A stretch of 64,000 nucleotides of DNA from Candidatus Peribacteria bacterium (GCA_023245865.1 JAHFJN010000001.1:486722-550721); one strand, 5' to 3'. Shown: positions 47,430 to 58,067, numbered from the stretch's first letter. The notes: a model not told the origin generated them from the sequence alone. Program-made: numbers and translations.

Positions 47430-48149
47430 TTATTGTTCAGAATAGTTCACCTTCGCAGGAGGTTGAGCATACAGATGTTTATAGTGATTGCCACTGAGCA
47501 ATTCATACAGGAATTCACACCGCCGCACGGCCCCAAGAGCCAGATGATGCATATTTGCAAGACGATTCCATCGATGAAACTGCCTCTCTGAGCTGATGTG
47601 TGGATAGCAAGGATGCGGCTCGAACACAGACATAACCGGATAAGCTGCTATATCAATCGAGGACAGCAGGCCAATCTTCTCGAGAGCCTTACGAAGGGTT
47701 GCGATCACGCGCAACATATGAAATTGTTCTGCAACAATATTCGTTCTTGGAAATTGCCCATCCTGTAGGAGAGCCACCGTATTACGCGCATTTTCAATAG
47801 TGTTGTACGACGGATCTAGTTTGTAACGATCGTAAAATTCCGCATCACAATCGGTGAGAACACGCTCTGAAACCGAAGCAGGGAAATGATCCGCAATATA
47901 GTGCTTCATACGCTGCGCCTCTTGAAGACTGCCGTGAATCCCATCACCTCGCTTCCCTTTTTCACCGCAATTACCTCCCGCAATGAAGAGCAATGCGTCA
48001 TGGTTGATCTGTACAAGCTGTGCTGCACGGTGCGCATTGCCTCTGCTTAAATCATTAACCGTGACTTTATCCTGTGCAGATCCGTCTCCCACAGTATACG
48101 TGAGGCTACCGAAATCCTGCAATTTGCCGTAAAGACTGCGCTTTCCCAT
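47430..48149 (-). CDS. YdcF/DUF218 (ElyC/SanA-like) family protein
   Basis: LFIAGG, EAQRM, SYNTIENARN, IVAEQFHMLR. Confidence 0.8.
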   Translation of the reverse strand: MGKRSLYGKLQDFGSLTYTVGDGSAQDKVTVNDLSRGNAHRAAQLVQINHDALLFIAGGNCGEKGKRGDGIHGSLQEAQRMKHYIADHFPASVSERVLTDCDAEFYDRYKLDPSYNTIENARNTVALLQDGQFPRTNIVAEQFHMLRVIATLRKALEKIGLLSSIDIAAYPVMSVFEPHPCYPHISSERQFHRWNRLANMHHLALGAVRRCEFLYELLSGNHYKHLYAQPPAKVNYSEQ

Positions 48150-48187
48150 ATAAATACCATAAAACTTTAAATTGATTTTGTCAATAT

Positions 48188-48418
48188 TTACACCGCCTTC
48201 TCCTTCTTCGCCGCAGTGGCCGCAGCGCGCTTCTTGAAACGATCCACGCGGCCGCCGCGCAGGTCCTTCTGTTGTTTACCGGTGTAGATGGGGTGGCAAT
48301 TGCGACAGGTTTCGACCGTGAGAACCTTCATGGTGCTTGGGATCAAATACACCGCCCCGCAGGTACTGCAGGTCGTTTTGGCGTCCTTGTGCATTTCGGG
48401 GTGGATGGCAGTCTTCAT
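48188..48418 (-). CDS. rpmE: 50S ribosomal protein L31
   Basis: MK.AIHP, CSTCG, CRNCHPIYTGKQ, GRVDRF. Confidence 0.97.
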   Translation of the reverse strand: MKTAIHPEMHKDAKTTCSTCGAVYLIPSTMKVLTVETCRNCHPIYTGKQQKDLRGGRVDRFKKRAAATAAKKEKAV

Positions 48419-48627
48419 GGTTGCAGTATTCTATACAAAAAACGGGCTGTTGCAAGCTCAGAAATCACTGTATGTATTTTCTTCATTTCTTTGATGACCT
48501 CCTCTATGGGGACTCGTTTTGTCTTTCCACCATCCGTAAAATCCACCACCGTTTTCCAGCCCTTTTCGGGAACTACAATGTAATCAGGTAATGTTTCAGT
48601 GGATATTTTCTTCTTCATAGAACGCAT
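48415..48627 (-). CDS. small hypothetical protein
   Basis: Overlaps the rpmE start (ATGA); GWKTVVDFT motif. Confidence 0.4.
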   Translation of the reverse strand: MRSMKKKISTETLPDYIVVPEKGWKTVVDFTDGGKTKRVPIEEVIKEMKKIHTVISELATARFLYRILQP

Positions 48628-48740
48628 TGGAAATGCATCTAGGTGTACATATACAATCATTTGAGTAACCTGCAAATATATTCTCTTGAATTATCCCTAA
48701 ACATTCTATATAATTCCTATAGCTTTCCAATATTTACGCT

Positions 48741-48971
48741 ATGCAGACCTCCATTGCCGTAGACCGATTGACGAGGGACCGCGCGGCAAAGCGTGCAAAG
48801 GCTGAGCGCTTGCCATTGGCCGCGGTCGTACGGCTCCTTTTAAATGATTATGCCGACGGCCATCTGAGTATCGTCGTACGCACCTTCGCCGAACCTATCG
48901 ATGTCGATGCACGCACTCAGAAGAAAATGGATACAGTAACGGCACAATGGCGTGCTACGATGAAAGCATGA
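48741..48971 (+). CDS. putative ribbon-helix-helix antitoxin (RelB/DinJ-like)
   Basis: TSIAVD..RD.A..A..L.LA.VVR.LL..Y; coupled to the next ORF. Confidence 0.6.
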   Translation: MQTSIAVDRLTRDRAAKRAKAERLPLAAVVRLLLNDYADGHLSIVVRTFAEPIDVDARTQKKMDTVTAQWRATMKA

Positions 48972-49342
48972 TTGTCGTCATCGCAGAAAGTATTCGGAAA
49001 AAAGAATTCAAGCACGGAGAAATCCCTCCCGCAGACCTAGAAACTATTTTGAGCAGTTATGGCGAAGGCATTTTCGTCCCGATTAAGGGGGAATCATTGC
49101 CAAAAGCATCGCGGCTCGTGAAGTTGTATGCGACGACCGTCCAGGGAGCGAGACGCATTGTTTTCCTTGTCGAGGTTGAAAGCGGCACGGGATTCTTCTT
49201 GTTTTATAGAGGAAAAAACGATCCCATTGGGAAAAACATCAGCATCAAGAATCCAGTGTTTAAGAAGCGTTTACTGACGTATCTCGATCTCCTCAGCGCG
49301 GACATCGCTTCCGGACGACGCACAGTGTATGAAACAAAGTAA
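48968..49342 (+). CDS. putative RelE-like toxin
   Basis: LVKL..GARRIVFL..FFLFYRGKND resembles the RelE fold; ATGA overlap. Confidence 0.55.
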   Translation: MIVVIAESIRKKEFKHGEIPPADLETILSSYGEGIFVPIKGESLPKASRLVKLYATTVQGARRIVFLVEVESGTGFFLFYRGKNDPIGKNISIKNPVFKKRLLTYLDLLSADIASGRRTVYETK

Positions 49343-49383
49343 GCTTCGGTTGTAAAGGAAGCTACAAGCTAACGAAGCTAACG

Positions 49384-52017
49384 TCACACTTCCTTCACTG
49401 CCTTCCTCTTGCTCCTTTTCGCCGCTTTTTCGATCACCTCGGCTTCTTCGAAGAGTTCTTCCGCCTCCCCCGCCCTTTCCTCTTCCGCTGCTGCCGCGAG
49501 CGCTTCCTCGGCTTCTTTGTCGAACATCACCACGCTCATGGTCGCCACTTTATCGGGCGGATCCAAACGCATCACAATCACACCCTGGGTTGCACGACCG
49601 CGGGACGGGATATCGGTGAGACCCATGCGAATCGTCTGGCCTTGCTTGCTGATGCAGAGCAGATCCCCTTCCGCACCTTCCTCGAGCACGACTGCCCCGA
49701 TGATGTCTCCGGTCTTCGCAGTGAGTTGCGCAGCCTTCACTCCCGATCCTCCACGACCCTGGAACCGGTATTCGGTGACGGGACTCATTTTCCCAAGCCC
49801 ATTCTCCATGACAACCATCAATTTGCTCTTGCTGGCATCGCGAATCACGCCCGCCTCGACCACGCGGTCTTTGTCAGCGAGGCGAATGCCGTAGACGCCC
49901 GCGGCGCTGCGACCCATCGGGCGGACGTCGTCCTCCTTGAAGCGGATTGCTTTCCCTTTCTGGCTGACGATGAGGATTTCATTCTTGCCATCGGTCGTGA
50001 CCACCCATTGCAGATTCTCACCCTCAGGCAGTTTCTGCGCGATGAGACCGCTGCGGCGGATATTTTGGAATTCCCCCACTTCCGTGCGTTTCACAGTGCC
50101 CTGGTCTGTGACCATGAAGAGGTACTTCGCTTGGCTGAGGTCCGCCTTGAGGATGGCAGTGAGACGCTCCTCGGGTTTGAGTTGAAGCAAATTCACGATC
50201 GCCTGACCGCGCGCCACTCTGCCGGCCTGCGGCAATTCGTACGCGGGCAATTGGAAAAGTCTGCCGGTATTCGTGAAAAAAAGCAGATCGTCGTGGTTCA
50301 TGACGTGGAGGATCGAAAGCACTTCATCGTCCTCTCGCACATCGGCACCCTTCACCCCTTTGCCACCACGATGTTGCGCGCGGAATTGCAAGGGGCTGAG
50401 GCGCTTCACGTAACCGCTGCGGGTTAAGGTCACAATCATCGGTGCATTCGGGATCGTGTCTTTCGCACTGAATTCCCCCGCGGCACTCGTCACGACAGCC
50501 GTTCTACGATCGTCACCGTAGGTTTGCTTGATGGCCGCAAGTTCGTCGCTGAAAACCTTGTCGATTTTCTTCTTGCTCCCGAGGATCTCATCGCACTCCT
50601 TGATGAATGCCTTCGTCACTTTCAATTCGTCCTCGATTTTCCTCCGTTCGAGACCCGCGAGTCTGCGCAGCTGCATCTCCAAGATGGCATTGGATTGAAT
50701 CTCCGACAGCTTGAACTTTTTCATGAGACTGTCCCGCGCCTCCTCCTGCGTTTCGCTCTGTTTGATGGTCTTGATGATGGCGTCGATGTTATCAAGCGCG
50801 ATCGTGAGTCCCTCGAGGATGTGTGCCCGCTCTTTCGCGCGGTCACGTTCGAACGTGACACGCCGCGTGATCACCGTTCTTCGGTGATCGATGAAAATCT
50901 GGAGCAGTTCCTGCAAGTTCATAAGGCGCGGCTGCAGCCCATCCGCAAGCGCGATCATGTTGTACCCGAAACTGGTCTGCAGATCGGTGTGTTTGTAGAG
51001 CTGGTTCAAAATCTTCTGCGGATACGCGTCCTTTTTCATTTCGACGATGATGCGAATACCGTCGCGATCGGATTCATCGCGAATATCACTGATGCCGACG
51101 ATCACTTTGTCATTCACGAGTTGCGCCATCTTCTGAATGAGCAGAGATTTATTCACCTGATACGGAATCTCACTGATGCGGATGTGAAATCTCCCCGATG
51201 TCATCTCCTCGATCTCTGCCTTGCCGCGCATCATCACGCTCCCGCGACCGGTGAGGTACGCCTGCTTGATCGCCTCTTTGTCGTAGATGATGCCGCCCGT
51301 CGGAAAATCCGGCCCCTGCACGAACTTAAGCAGATCCTCGACCGTGGCATCGGGATTCTCGAGTAAGTGATGAATGGCATTGATGAGTTCGTGGAGATTA
51401 TGCGGCGGAATGTTTGTCGCCATACCGACCGCGATACCGACCGTGCCATTGAGGAGCAGGTTCGGAATCTTGCTCGGGAGCACCGCGGGTTCCTTGCGGC
51501 TGGCATCGTAGTTCGGCACGAACTCGACCGTATTTTTATCAATATCACTGAGGATATCGTCCGTAATCTTCTCCATGCGCGACTCCGTGTAGCGCATCGC
51601 AGCGGCACCGTCTCCGTCGATCGATCCGAAGTTTCCCTGGCCGTCGACCAATGGATAGCGCATCGAAAATTCCTGAGCCATACGTACGAGCGCCTCATAG
51701 ATGGAGGAATCGCCATGCGGGTGATACTTACCCATCACATCACCGACGATGAGGGCGGACTTCCTGTATTTGGCGGCGGAGCGCAGCCCCAGCTGATGCA
51801 TGCCATACAAAATGCGCCGATGCACCGGCTTGAGGCCGTCCCGCGCATCGGGGAGTGCCCGCGCGACGATCACGCTCATCGCATACGAAAGATAACTCTC
51901 TTCCATTTCACTCACAATCGGCCGGGGCGCGATCCGCCCGATGTTACTTAAGCCCTCGCCGCTGCCGCTCTGCAGAGGTTGTTGATCGGGCGACAGTGCG
52001 TCTCCTTTCGCGGCCAT
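49384..52017 (-). CDS. gyrA: DNA gyrase subunit A
   Basis: [23 protein letters not shown], GyrA-box QHRGGKG. Confidence 0.98.
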   Translation of the reverse strand: MAAKGDALSPDQQPLQSGSGEGLSNIGRIAPRPIVSEMEESYLSYAMSVIVARALPDARDGLKPVHRRILYGMHQLGLRSAAKYRKSALIVGDVMGKYHPHGDSSIYEALVRMAQEFSMRYPLVDGQGNFGSIDGDGAAAMRYTESRMEKITDDILSDIDKNTVEFVPNYDASRKEPAVLPSKIPNLLLNGTVGIAVGMATNIPPHNLHELINAIHHLLENPDATVEDLLKFVQGPDFPTGGIIYDKEAIKQAYLTGRGSVMMRGKAEIEEMTSGRFHIRISEIPYQVNKSLLIQKMAQLVNDKVIVGISDIRDESDRDGIRIIVEMKKDAYPQKILNQLYKHTDLQTSFGYNMIALADGLQPRLMNLQELLQIFIDHRRTVITRRVTFERDRAKERAHILEGLTIALDNIDAIIKTIKQSETQEEARDSLMKKFKLSEIQSNAILEMQLRRLAGLERRKIEDELKVTKAFIKECDEILGSKKKIDKVFSDELAAIKQTYGDDRRTAVVTSAAGEFSAKDTIPNAPMIVTLTRSGYVKRLSPLQFRAQHRGGKGVKGADVREDDEVLSILHVMNHDDLLFFTNTGRLFQLPAYELPQAGRVARGQAIVNLLQLKPEERLTAILKADLSQAKYLFMVTDQGTVKRTEVGEFQNIRRSGLIAQKLPEGENLQWVVTTDGKNEILIVSQKGKAIRFKEDDVRPMGRSAAGVYGIRLADKDRVVEAGVIRDASKSKLMVVMENGLGKMSPVTEYRFQGRGGSGVKAAQLTAKTGDIIGAVVLEEGAEGDLLCISKQGQTIRMGLTDIPSRGRATQGVIVMRLDPPDKVATMSVVMFDKEAEEALAAAAEEERAGEAEELFEEAEVIEKAAKRSKRKAVKEV

Positions 52018-52071
52018 AGAAAAAAAGAGGGGTCAGAGGGGATGATAGCAAAGTTACGCTACAATACAATC

Positions 52072-52125
52072 ATGCCGAGTATCATCTCTACACCCATCGC
52101 CCTTCGACTGTGCTCAGGGTGACAC
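52072..52125 (+). pseudogene. duplicated rsmI 5' end interrupted by a REP
   Basis: MPSIISTPI matches rsmI MLSIISTPI, then cccttcgactgtgctcagggtgac with a stop. Confidence 0.7.
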
Positions 52126-52144
52126 AGAAATTACTACGCGTTGT

Positions 52145-52816
52145 ATGTTATCCATCATTTCTACACCAATCGGCAATTTAGGTGATATCACCCTGCGGGC
52201 GATCGAGACGCTCAAAAAATGTGATGCGGTGGTGTGCGAGGACACGAGGGTAACGGGAGGGCTCTTGCATCAATTGGCGCTCGCGAAAAAAGAATTGATC
52301 AGCTTCCATGGCTACAGTGACGAAGGGAAACTACGGATGATTTTGCAGCGCCTCGAGCGAGGCGATCACATCGCCCTCGTGAGTGATGCGGGAACGCCCG
52401 GGATTTCGGATCCCGGATTTGCGCTTGTAAGCCGCACAGCGGAAGCAGGTATCCAGATCGAGGTCCTCCCCGGGCCCACGGCTTTTCTCGCGGCACTCTC
52501 GGCCTCGGGGCTCCCGATCAATCATTTTCTGTACCTCGGATTTCTGCCGTTAAAAAAAGGACGGAAGTCTCTCATCGCGACATTCAAAGATACACCTCAC
52601 ACGATCGTCTTTTATGAATCCGTGCATCGGATCGAGCGCACTTTGATGGAATTGGCAGAGGCATTGCAGACCCAACCTGAGCGAAATGTGGTGATCGCCC
52701 GCGAGCTTACGAAGATGCATGAAGAGACGGTGCGAACAACCGTCGCAGAATTACCTGCGGTCGCAAAATCGGTGATGAAGAAGGGGGAGTTTGTGGTTGT
52801 GGTGGGGCCGCTATAA
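52145..52816 (+). CDS. rsmI: 16S rRNA (cytidine1402-2'-O)-methyltransferase
   Basis: TPIGNLGDIT.RA, EDTR, VSDAGTPGISDPG, RELTK.HEE, KGEFV. Confidence 0.96.
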   Translation: MLSIISTPIGNLGDITLRAIETLKKCDAVVCEDTRVTGGLLHQLALAKKELISFHGYSDEGKLRMILQRLERGDHIALVSDAGTPGISDPGFALVSRTAEAGIQIEVLPGPTAFLAALSASGLPINHFLYLGFLPLKKGRKSLIATFKDTPHTIVFYESVHRIERTLMELAEALQTQPERNVVIARELTKMHEETVRTTVAELPAVAKSVMKKGEFVVVVGPL

Positions 52817-52818
52817 AA

Positions 52819-52898
52819 GTGTCATCCTGAGCGTGTCATCCCGAGCGGAGACGAGGGACGACACAGTGTGTATGGTTCGTCTCCGCTCACCATGACAC
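52819..52898. repeat. compound REP-like palindromic cluster
   Basis: gtgtcatcctgagc-gtgtcatcccgagcggagacgaggga...tggttcgtctccgctcaccatgacac. Confidence 0.8.
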
Positions 52899-53971
52899 AG
52901 AATTTCGCTTCCCTCCTCCGGCAATACGATTACACCCTTCCGCCCGATCTCATTGCGAAGGAACCTGCGCAACCCAGAGACAGCGCGCGGCTGCTTGTGT
53001 ACGACCGCAACAAAGATGCAATCCGGTTCGACACATTCGCAAACATCACCAATGATCTCCCAAAAAATGCGGTCCTTGTCCTCAATGAAACCAAGGTGAT
53101 CCCGGCACGGATGCGGTTACAAAAAGAAACGGGGGGAATGATCGGGGCGTTGTACGTCGAAACCTGTAGGGGCAAGGCATGCCTTGCCCCTACGCCGACA
53201 ATACGTGTGCTCGCCGACGGCACGTTCAAATCAGGGGACCGACTCGGATGGACCGATAATTATTTCTTCACGGTCATTGCCCGCGAGGAAAAAGAGGCGG
53301 TACTGCAACCGTCGTTTCCGAGTGATCAGTTGATGACGCTCCTCGAAAAGTTTGGCGAGACACCGCTCCCGCCGTACATGAAAGACTCCCCGTTGTCCGA
53401 GCCAGCTCGTCGCGAGGAATATCAGACCATCTTTGCGCGCGAACAGGGGTCCGTCGCCGCACCAACGGCGGGCCTGCACTTCACGAAAGAATTGATCAAA
53501 AAAATTGAACAACATGGATGCACTATCGAGAAGATCACGCTCCATGTGAACCTCGGAACGTTTGCGCCGCTCACCGAAGAAAATATCCGCGAAAGGCGCC
53601 TCCACAGGGAACATTTTTCGATCGCACCCGACGTTGCCTCGCGCTTGAACGATGCAAAAAAACACGGTCGACCGATAGTCGCGGTTGGGACGACCGTGGT
53701 GCGGGGGTTGGAATCCGCATGTGCTGTAGGGGCAAGGCATGCCTTGCCCCTACTCGAAAAATTATCCGGCACCACCGACATTTTCATCACCGAGCACGAT
53801 CATCTCCACTTCGTCGACCACCTCATCACCAATTTTCACGTCCCGCGAAGCAGCCTCCTCATGCTCGTTGCCGCTTTTACCGGCAGAGAAAAACTGCTCG
53901 AGCTGTATCAAAAAGCAATCGGAGAACGCATGCGATTTTTCAGCTTCGGAGATGGGATGTTGATTCTCTAA
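52892..53971 (+). CDS. queA: S-adenosylmethionine:tRNA ribosyltransferase-isomerase
   Basis: YDY.LP..LIA, PLPPY, YQT, GSVAAPTAGLHF, TNFH.P.S, FFSFGDGM. Confidence 0.97.
   Translation: MTQNFASLLRQYDYTLPPDLIAKEPAQPRDSARLLVYDRNKDAIRFDTFANITNDLPKNAVLVLNETKVIPARMRLQKETGGMIGALYVETCRGKACLAPTPTIRVLADGTFKSGDRLGWTDNYFFTVIAREEKEAVLQPSFPSDQLMTLLEKFGETPLPPYMKDSPLSEPARREEYQTIFAREQGSVAAPTAGLHFTKELIKKIEQHGCTIEKITLHVNLGTFAPLTEENIRERRLHREHFSIAPDVASRLNDAKKHGRPIVAVGTTVVRGLESACAVGARHALPLLEKLSGTTDIFITEHDHLHFVDHLITNFHVPRSSLLMLVAAFTGREKLLELYQKAIGERMRFFSFGDGMLIL
53166..53193. repeat. GTAG-type REP inserted in queA
   Basis: Identical 28-bp palindrome, read as CRGKACLAPT. Confidence 0.9.
53726..53753. repeat. GTAG-type REP inserted in queA
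   Basis: Identical 28-bp palindrome, read as VGARHALPL. Confidence 0.9.
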
Positions 53972-53990
53972 TTTTTGCTATACTCCCCGC

Positions 53991-54572
53991 ATGATCGCTC
54001 ACCTTCGCGGCATCATCAGCAAAGGGCCTGTAGGTGAGATGACGATTGATGTCAGCGGTGTAGGGTATAAGGTGCAGGTTCCAACGGCAGTATGGGATGA
54101 AGTCGCAGAAAACACGCCGACGCTGGTGCACATTTTCACGTACGTCCGTGAGGACCGGTTAGATTTATACGGATTTTTGGACGCACACACCAAAACCCTC
54201 TTCGAAACCTTGATCGGGCTTTCCGGCATCGGGCCGAAACTCGGTCTCGAACTCTGCAGTGCGCCTCGCGCGCTCCTGCTGCAGGCCGTGAACGACAACG
54301 ACGCAAGCCTGCTCAGCCAAATCAAAGGCATCGGCAAGAAAACCGCGGAGAAGCTCTTGCTGGAACTGAAAAGTTTGATGGAAAAACATCCGCATATTTT
54401 TGTCACCGCGGGATCCACGGAGACACTGCGTGCCGAGTACGATCAAGATGTCATCGCCGCGCTCACGCAACTCGGCTTCTCGGTGCAAGAGGTGCATCGC
54501 ATCCTTCCGACGCTCCCGAAAGAACTCGTCACGACCGAGGAGCGCGTCACCGCCGCCCTACGAAGTTTATAG
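53991..54572 (+). CDS. ruvA: Holliday junction DNA-binding protein RuvA
   Basis: MIAHLRG, GVGY.V, VRED..LYGF, GIGPK, GIGKKTA. Confidence 0.97.
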   Translation: MIAHLRGIISKGPVGEMTIDVSGVGYKVQVPTAVWDEVAENTPTLVHIFTYVREDRLDLYGFLDAHTKTLFETLIGLSGIGPKLGLELCSAPRALLLQAVNDNDASLLSQIKGIGKKTAEKLLLELKSLMEKHPHIFVTAGSTETLRAEYDQDVIAALTQLGFSVQEVHRILPTLPKELVTTEERVTAALRSL

Positions 54573-54573
54573 A

Positions 54574-55857
54574 ATGTTAACCCTCGACATCACCACCGCG
54601 CTCGCAAAAATGATCACCCCCTCGCACGGCATCCCCGATGCGGAGATGTTGGCGATCCGCACCTCCATGCGACGGCTCGTGACACAGTGGAGGGAAGAGT
54701 GCGAACGAGGAGAGCACGCGTGGGTTCAGGATCCCTACAATGACGCCATCATCAAGCAGGTGAAGGAGACGGCGAAGCGCATTCGCAGTGAGGGTATTCA
54801 GACCGTTCTCTGGATAGGGATCGGCGGATCGGCCTTAGGCCCGAAAGTGATCCAAGAAGTCTTTGAAACGCCGGACACGATCGAGTTCATTGTGGTCGAT
54901 ACGATCGACCCGAGCGTGCTTGCCTTGTATCTCGACATCATCGACTGGAAACATGCCTGCATCGTCGTCGCGAGTAAGTCCGGCGAAACCCTCGAGACTG
55001 TGAGCACGTTCTTCCTCTTCTGGGAAAAGCTCACGCATGTTCTTGGCAAACAAGCAGCCAGCCGCGTGATTGCGATTACGGATCCCGCGGAAGGATTTTT
55101 GCGCGATTTCTGCGCCGAGCAACTCATCGATATGCTGCCGCTCCCGAAAGAAGTCGGAGGACGCTACTCGATTTTTACACCGATCGGACTTCTCCCCTTG
55201 GCACTGCTCGAAGGGGATGTGAGTAAATTTATTCTCGGCGCGATGGATATGGAGACAGCTTCAAAACAGGAACGCCTCGACGAGAACCCCGCCGCTATGC
55301 TTGCAAGCGTGCAGTATCTGCTCGAGAGCAAGCGCGGGTACGTGATTCGCGTGATCATGCCGTACATCCAACGTCTCGTATCCCTTGCACGCTGGAACCA
55401 GCAATTGATCGCCGAGAGCCTCGGCAAGAATGAAGTCCATAACCCGTTCCCCTTGGCTTCCATCGGAACCCAAGATCAGCATTCCCTCCTCCAACAGTGG
55501 ACCCAAGGCCCCCGCAAATCCTGGCATCTGTTCATTCACGAAACCGAAAAACAGCGCGTGTTCGTGCCCGCAGAAGTGCCGGACGGTTGGACCCATATCG
55601 CCGGAAAGAGCTTCGGACAACTGCTCGACGCCAGCCTCGCCGGAACGAGCCAAGGGCTTACAGCAGCCAAAAGACCATACGTAAGCGTGAGCGTCACCCG
55701 CCTCGACGAGTATCACTTGGGGCAACTCTTTTTCTGTTTCATGGCAGAGGTGGTCCTGCTCGGAAAGCTCTACCGCATCGATCCGTACGGACAACCGGGC
55801 GTAGAAAAGAGCAAGAAATTCACGAAGGAGATTTTGACGCGGGGGAGGGGGGAATAA
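54574..55857 (+). CDS. pgi: glucose-6-phosphate isomerase
   Basis: IGIGGSALG, SKSGETLET, VGGRYS, QLIAESLGK, DQHS..Q, QPGVE. Confidence 0.95.
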   Translation: MLTLDITTALAKMITPSHGIPDAEMLAIRTSMRRLVTQWREECERGEHAWVQDPYNDAIIKQVKETAKRIRSEGIQTVLWIGIGGSALGPKVIQEVFETPDTIEFIVVDTIDPSVLALYLDIIDWKHACIVVASKSGETLETVSTFFLFWEKLTHVLGKQAASRVIAITDPAEGFLRDFCAEQLIDMLPLPKEVGGRYSIFTPIGLLPLALLEGDVSKFILGAMDMETASKQERLDENPAAMLASVQYLLESKRGYVIRVIMPYIQRLVSLARWNQQLIAESLGKNEVHNPFPLASIGTQDQHSLLQQWTQGPRKSWHLFIHETEKQRVFVPAEVPDGWTHIAGKSFGQLLDASLAGTSQGLTAAKRPYVSVSVTRLDEYHLGQLFFCFMAEVVLLGKLYRIDPYGQPGVEKSKKFTKEILTRGRGE

Positions 55858-55928
55858 TGGAGAATGGAAAATTGAGAATGGAAAAAGAACAAACAAAGTC
55901 GTATACTTTCATCACTTTCCATCCATCA

Positions 55929-56252
55929 ATGAGTAATGCCGTCACCGACGCCACCTTCGATGCCGATGTCCTCAAGTCCCCTCTCCCAGTCCTTGTGGAT
56001 TTCTGGGCGCCGTGGTGCGGGCCGTGCAAAGCGATGCTGCCGATCGTCGAGGAGCTCGAGAAAGAGTACGAGGGAAAAGTAAAAATCGTGAAGATGAACG
56101 TCGACGAACACACGGTCGTCCCGGGGAACTACAACATCATGAGCATCCCCACGTTCATCATCTTCAAGGGCGGCAAAGTCCTGAACCAATTCGTTGGCGG
56201 ACGGAGCAAGAGCGATATGAAACGTGAGCTCGATGCCGCAATCGCCGCCTGA
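55929..56252 (+). CDS. trxA: thioredoxin
   Basis: DFWAPWCGPCK, SIPT. Confidence 0.97.
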   Translation: MSNAVTDATFDADVLKSPLPVLVDFWAPWCGPCKAMLPIVEELEKEYEGKVKIVKMNVDEHTVVPGNYNIMSIPTFIIFKGGKVLNQFVGGRSKSDMKRELDAAIAA

Positions 56253-56259
56253 CATTCGC

Positions 56260-56511
56260 ATGGTCTTTACGCTCAGCATCATCGGCATGATCGGAGCAAT
56301 CGCGATGCTGAAATATCGCCAGCAAGTGGGAGACATGATGGGAGAAGCGGGGTGGATGAGTGCCTTTGGGGGTGTGTATAATTTCGTCGTCATCCTCGCG
56401 ATCTTCATCTTGTTTTGGAGCATCACGAGTTTAACTGGAACGCAGGACGTGCTCTTCCGTCCGTTTTTGTATCTGTTCCCGGGAGGTGCACGGATGGGGG
56501 TGGGGCAATAG
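56260..56511 (+). CDS. small membrane protein
   Basis: Two TM helices, 7 bp after trxA. Confidence 0.65.
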   Translation: MVFTLSIIGMIGAIAMLKYRQQVGDMMGEAGWMSAFGGVYNFVVILAIFILFWSITSLTGTQDVLFRPFLYLFPGGARMGVGQ

Positions 56512-56520
56512 AGTTTGTTG

Positions 56521-57579
56521 CTACGTTTTCACGTACCTCGTCCCGCGACCTTGTCCAATGCGCCTGATCTTCTTAAGGACGATAAGCCGATTCAATGCTT
56601 GTCGAACGGTCACCTCGACAATACCCGTGGCTTTGGCAATATCGCCGCGCGATGCTTCATCAACGTGAGAGAGATATTGCCACACCTCATACTGCTTGGG
56701 AGAAAGAATGTCCTCGACTTTCTCTTCTTCAAGGTATGAGAGAGCCTTACTGGCTTGTTCTTTGATGACAGAAAGAAAGAAATTGAGCCACGGATCAATG
56801 GTATCGTGGTCTGTTCTGAATGTCTCCTGCGACTTGCGCAGTGCTATGTAGTATTCGTCCTTGCGATGCTCGATGATTTGTTCATGGGAAACGTACTGCA
56901 CGAAAATGTAACCAGATCGCAGGAGTAAGAGGTTCGTGAGGACGCGTGACAATCGCCCGTTTCCATCTTCAAAGGGATGGATTTTGAGAAACTCGACAAT
57001 GAAGTTCGCAATGACAAGCAGCTGATGGAAGCGGCTTTTCTCCAGAGCTTCTCTCGTCCATTCCACCAGTTCCTGCATTTCCTTTGCGGCGAGGTATGCG
57101 GGTGTCGTCTCGAAGAGAACTTTTACAACCTGTCCATCTGCTCCGAGAACACCTACGGTGTTCTCTTTCTTTTTATACACACCACGATGTGTGCCGTCCT
57201 TCGTGGAATATTTGAGGAGTTGGTTGTGAAGCGAGATGATGACGCTCTCGCGTAGCGCAAGAGTCTCAAAGCTATCGAATACATTCTGAAGCGTTTGAAG
57301 ATAGCCTTGTACTTCTTGCGAGTCCCGATCAGCAAATTTTGACACTGCTAGACCGCGCATGACTTTCTCTACTTCCTCATCGGTGAGTTTTGCACCTTCA
57401 ATACGAGTCGAGGCACCGGCGGATGTGATGAGCGTCGATTTCTTGAGATTGGTGACGGCCTGGGGCGTCATCCGCAAACCTGATTTGAATTCCCCTCGGA
57501 TGCCATCGATCTCGGCGAGGAGAGCAACGATGTGTGGCTCAGGAGTCTTCACCCGTTGATCGAACTTTTGAGCAACCAT
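56521..57579 (-). CDS. Fic family protein with C-terminal HTH
   Basis: Canonical HPFEDGNGRLSR; N-terminal STRIEG inhibitory motif. Confidence 0.95.
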   Translation of the reverse strand: MVAQKFDQRVKTPEPHIVALLAEIDGIRGEFKSGLRMTPQAVTNLKKSTLITSAGASTRIEGAKLTDEEVEKVMRGLAVSKFADRDSQEVQGYLQTLQNVFDSFETLALRESVIISLHNQLLKYSTKDGTHRGVYKKKENTVGVLGADGQVVKVLFETTPAYLAAKEMQELVEWTREALEKSRFHQLLVIANFIVEFLKIHPFEDGNGRLSRVLTNLLLLRSGYIFVQYVSHEQIIEHRKDEYYIALRKSQETFRTDHDTIDPWLNFFLSVIKEQASKALSYLEEEKVEDILSPKQYEVWQYLSHVDEASRGDIAKATGIVEVTVRQALNRLIVLKKIRRIGQGRGTRYVKT

Positions 57580-57733
57580 AGGGATATAGAAGATATATCC
57601 GATAATACTCGATTATATCAGAAGATCAATGAAATGTTTCTGGCCGCCCGAGACGCGGCATGAGAGCATTGAGCGAGTGCTGATGAAAGACTATGCTCAG
57701 TCCACGATCTTTCCATCATCACAATTCTTTCGT

Positions 57734-57809
<76 letters not shown>

Positions 57810-57844
57810 TGACAACTATGCACACTTTGATCTAGTTTGATCAG

Positions 57845-57867
57845 AAAGCGCCACTTGGCGCTTTTTT
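57845..57867 (+). terminator. terminator after tRNA-Ala
   Basis: aaagcgcca-ct-tggcgcttt followed by a T-run. Confidence 0.65.
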
Positions 57868-58067
57868 GTTGCACTTTGAACAGACTGCACAACTTTGCGC
57901 GACTTTGCATACTCATCGGTTTAAGTCCCTCTAGCTCGACCATTCTTTGTTGGGAACAAGTCTACTAACATCATTTGCTTTCATGCTTCAGGCGAAGCAT
58001 GAATGTCCTGAAACTTGCAAATCAAACACAAGTGATTAAACTTGCAGTTAATTCCTCGTTTTGCTCT

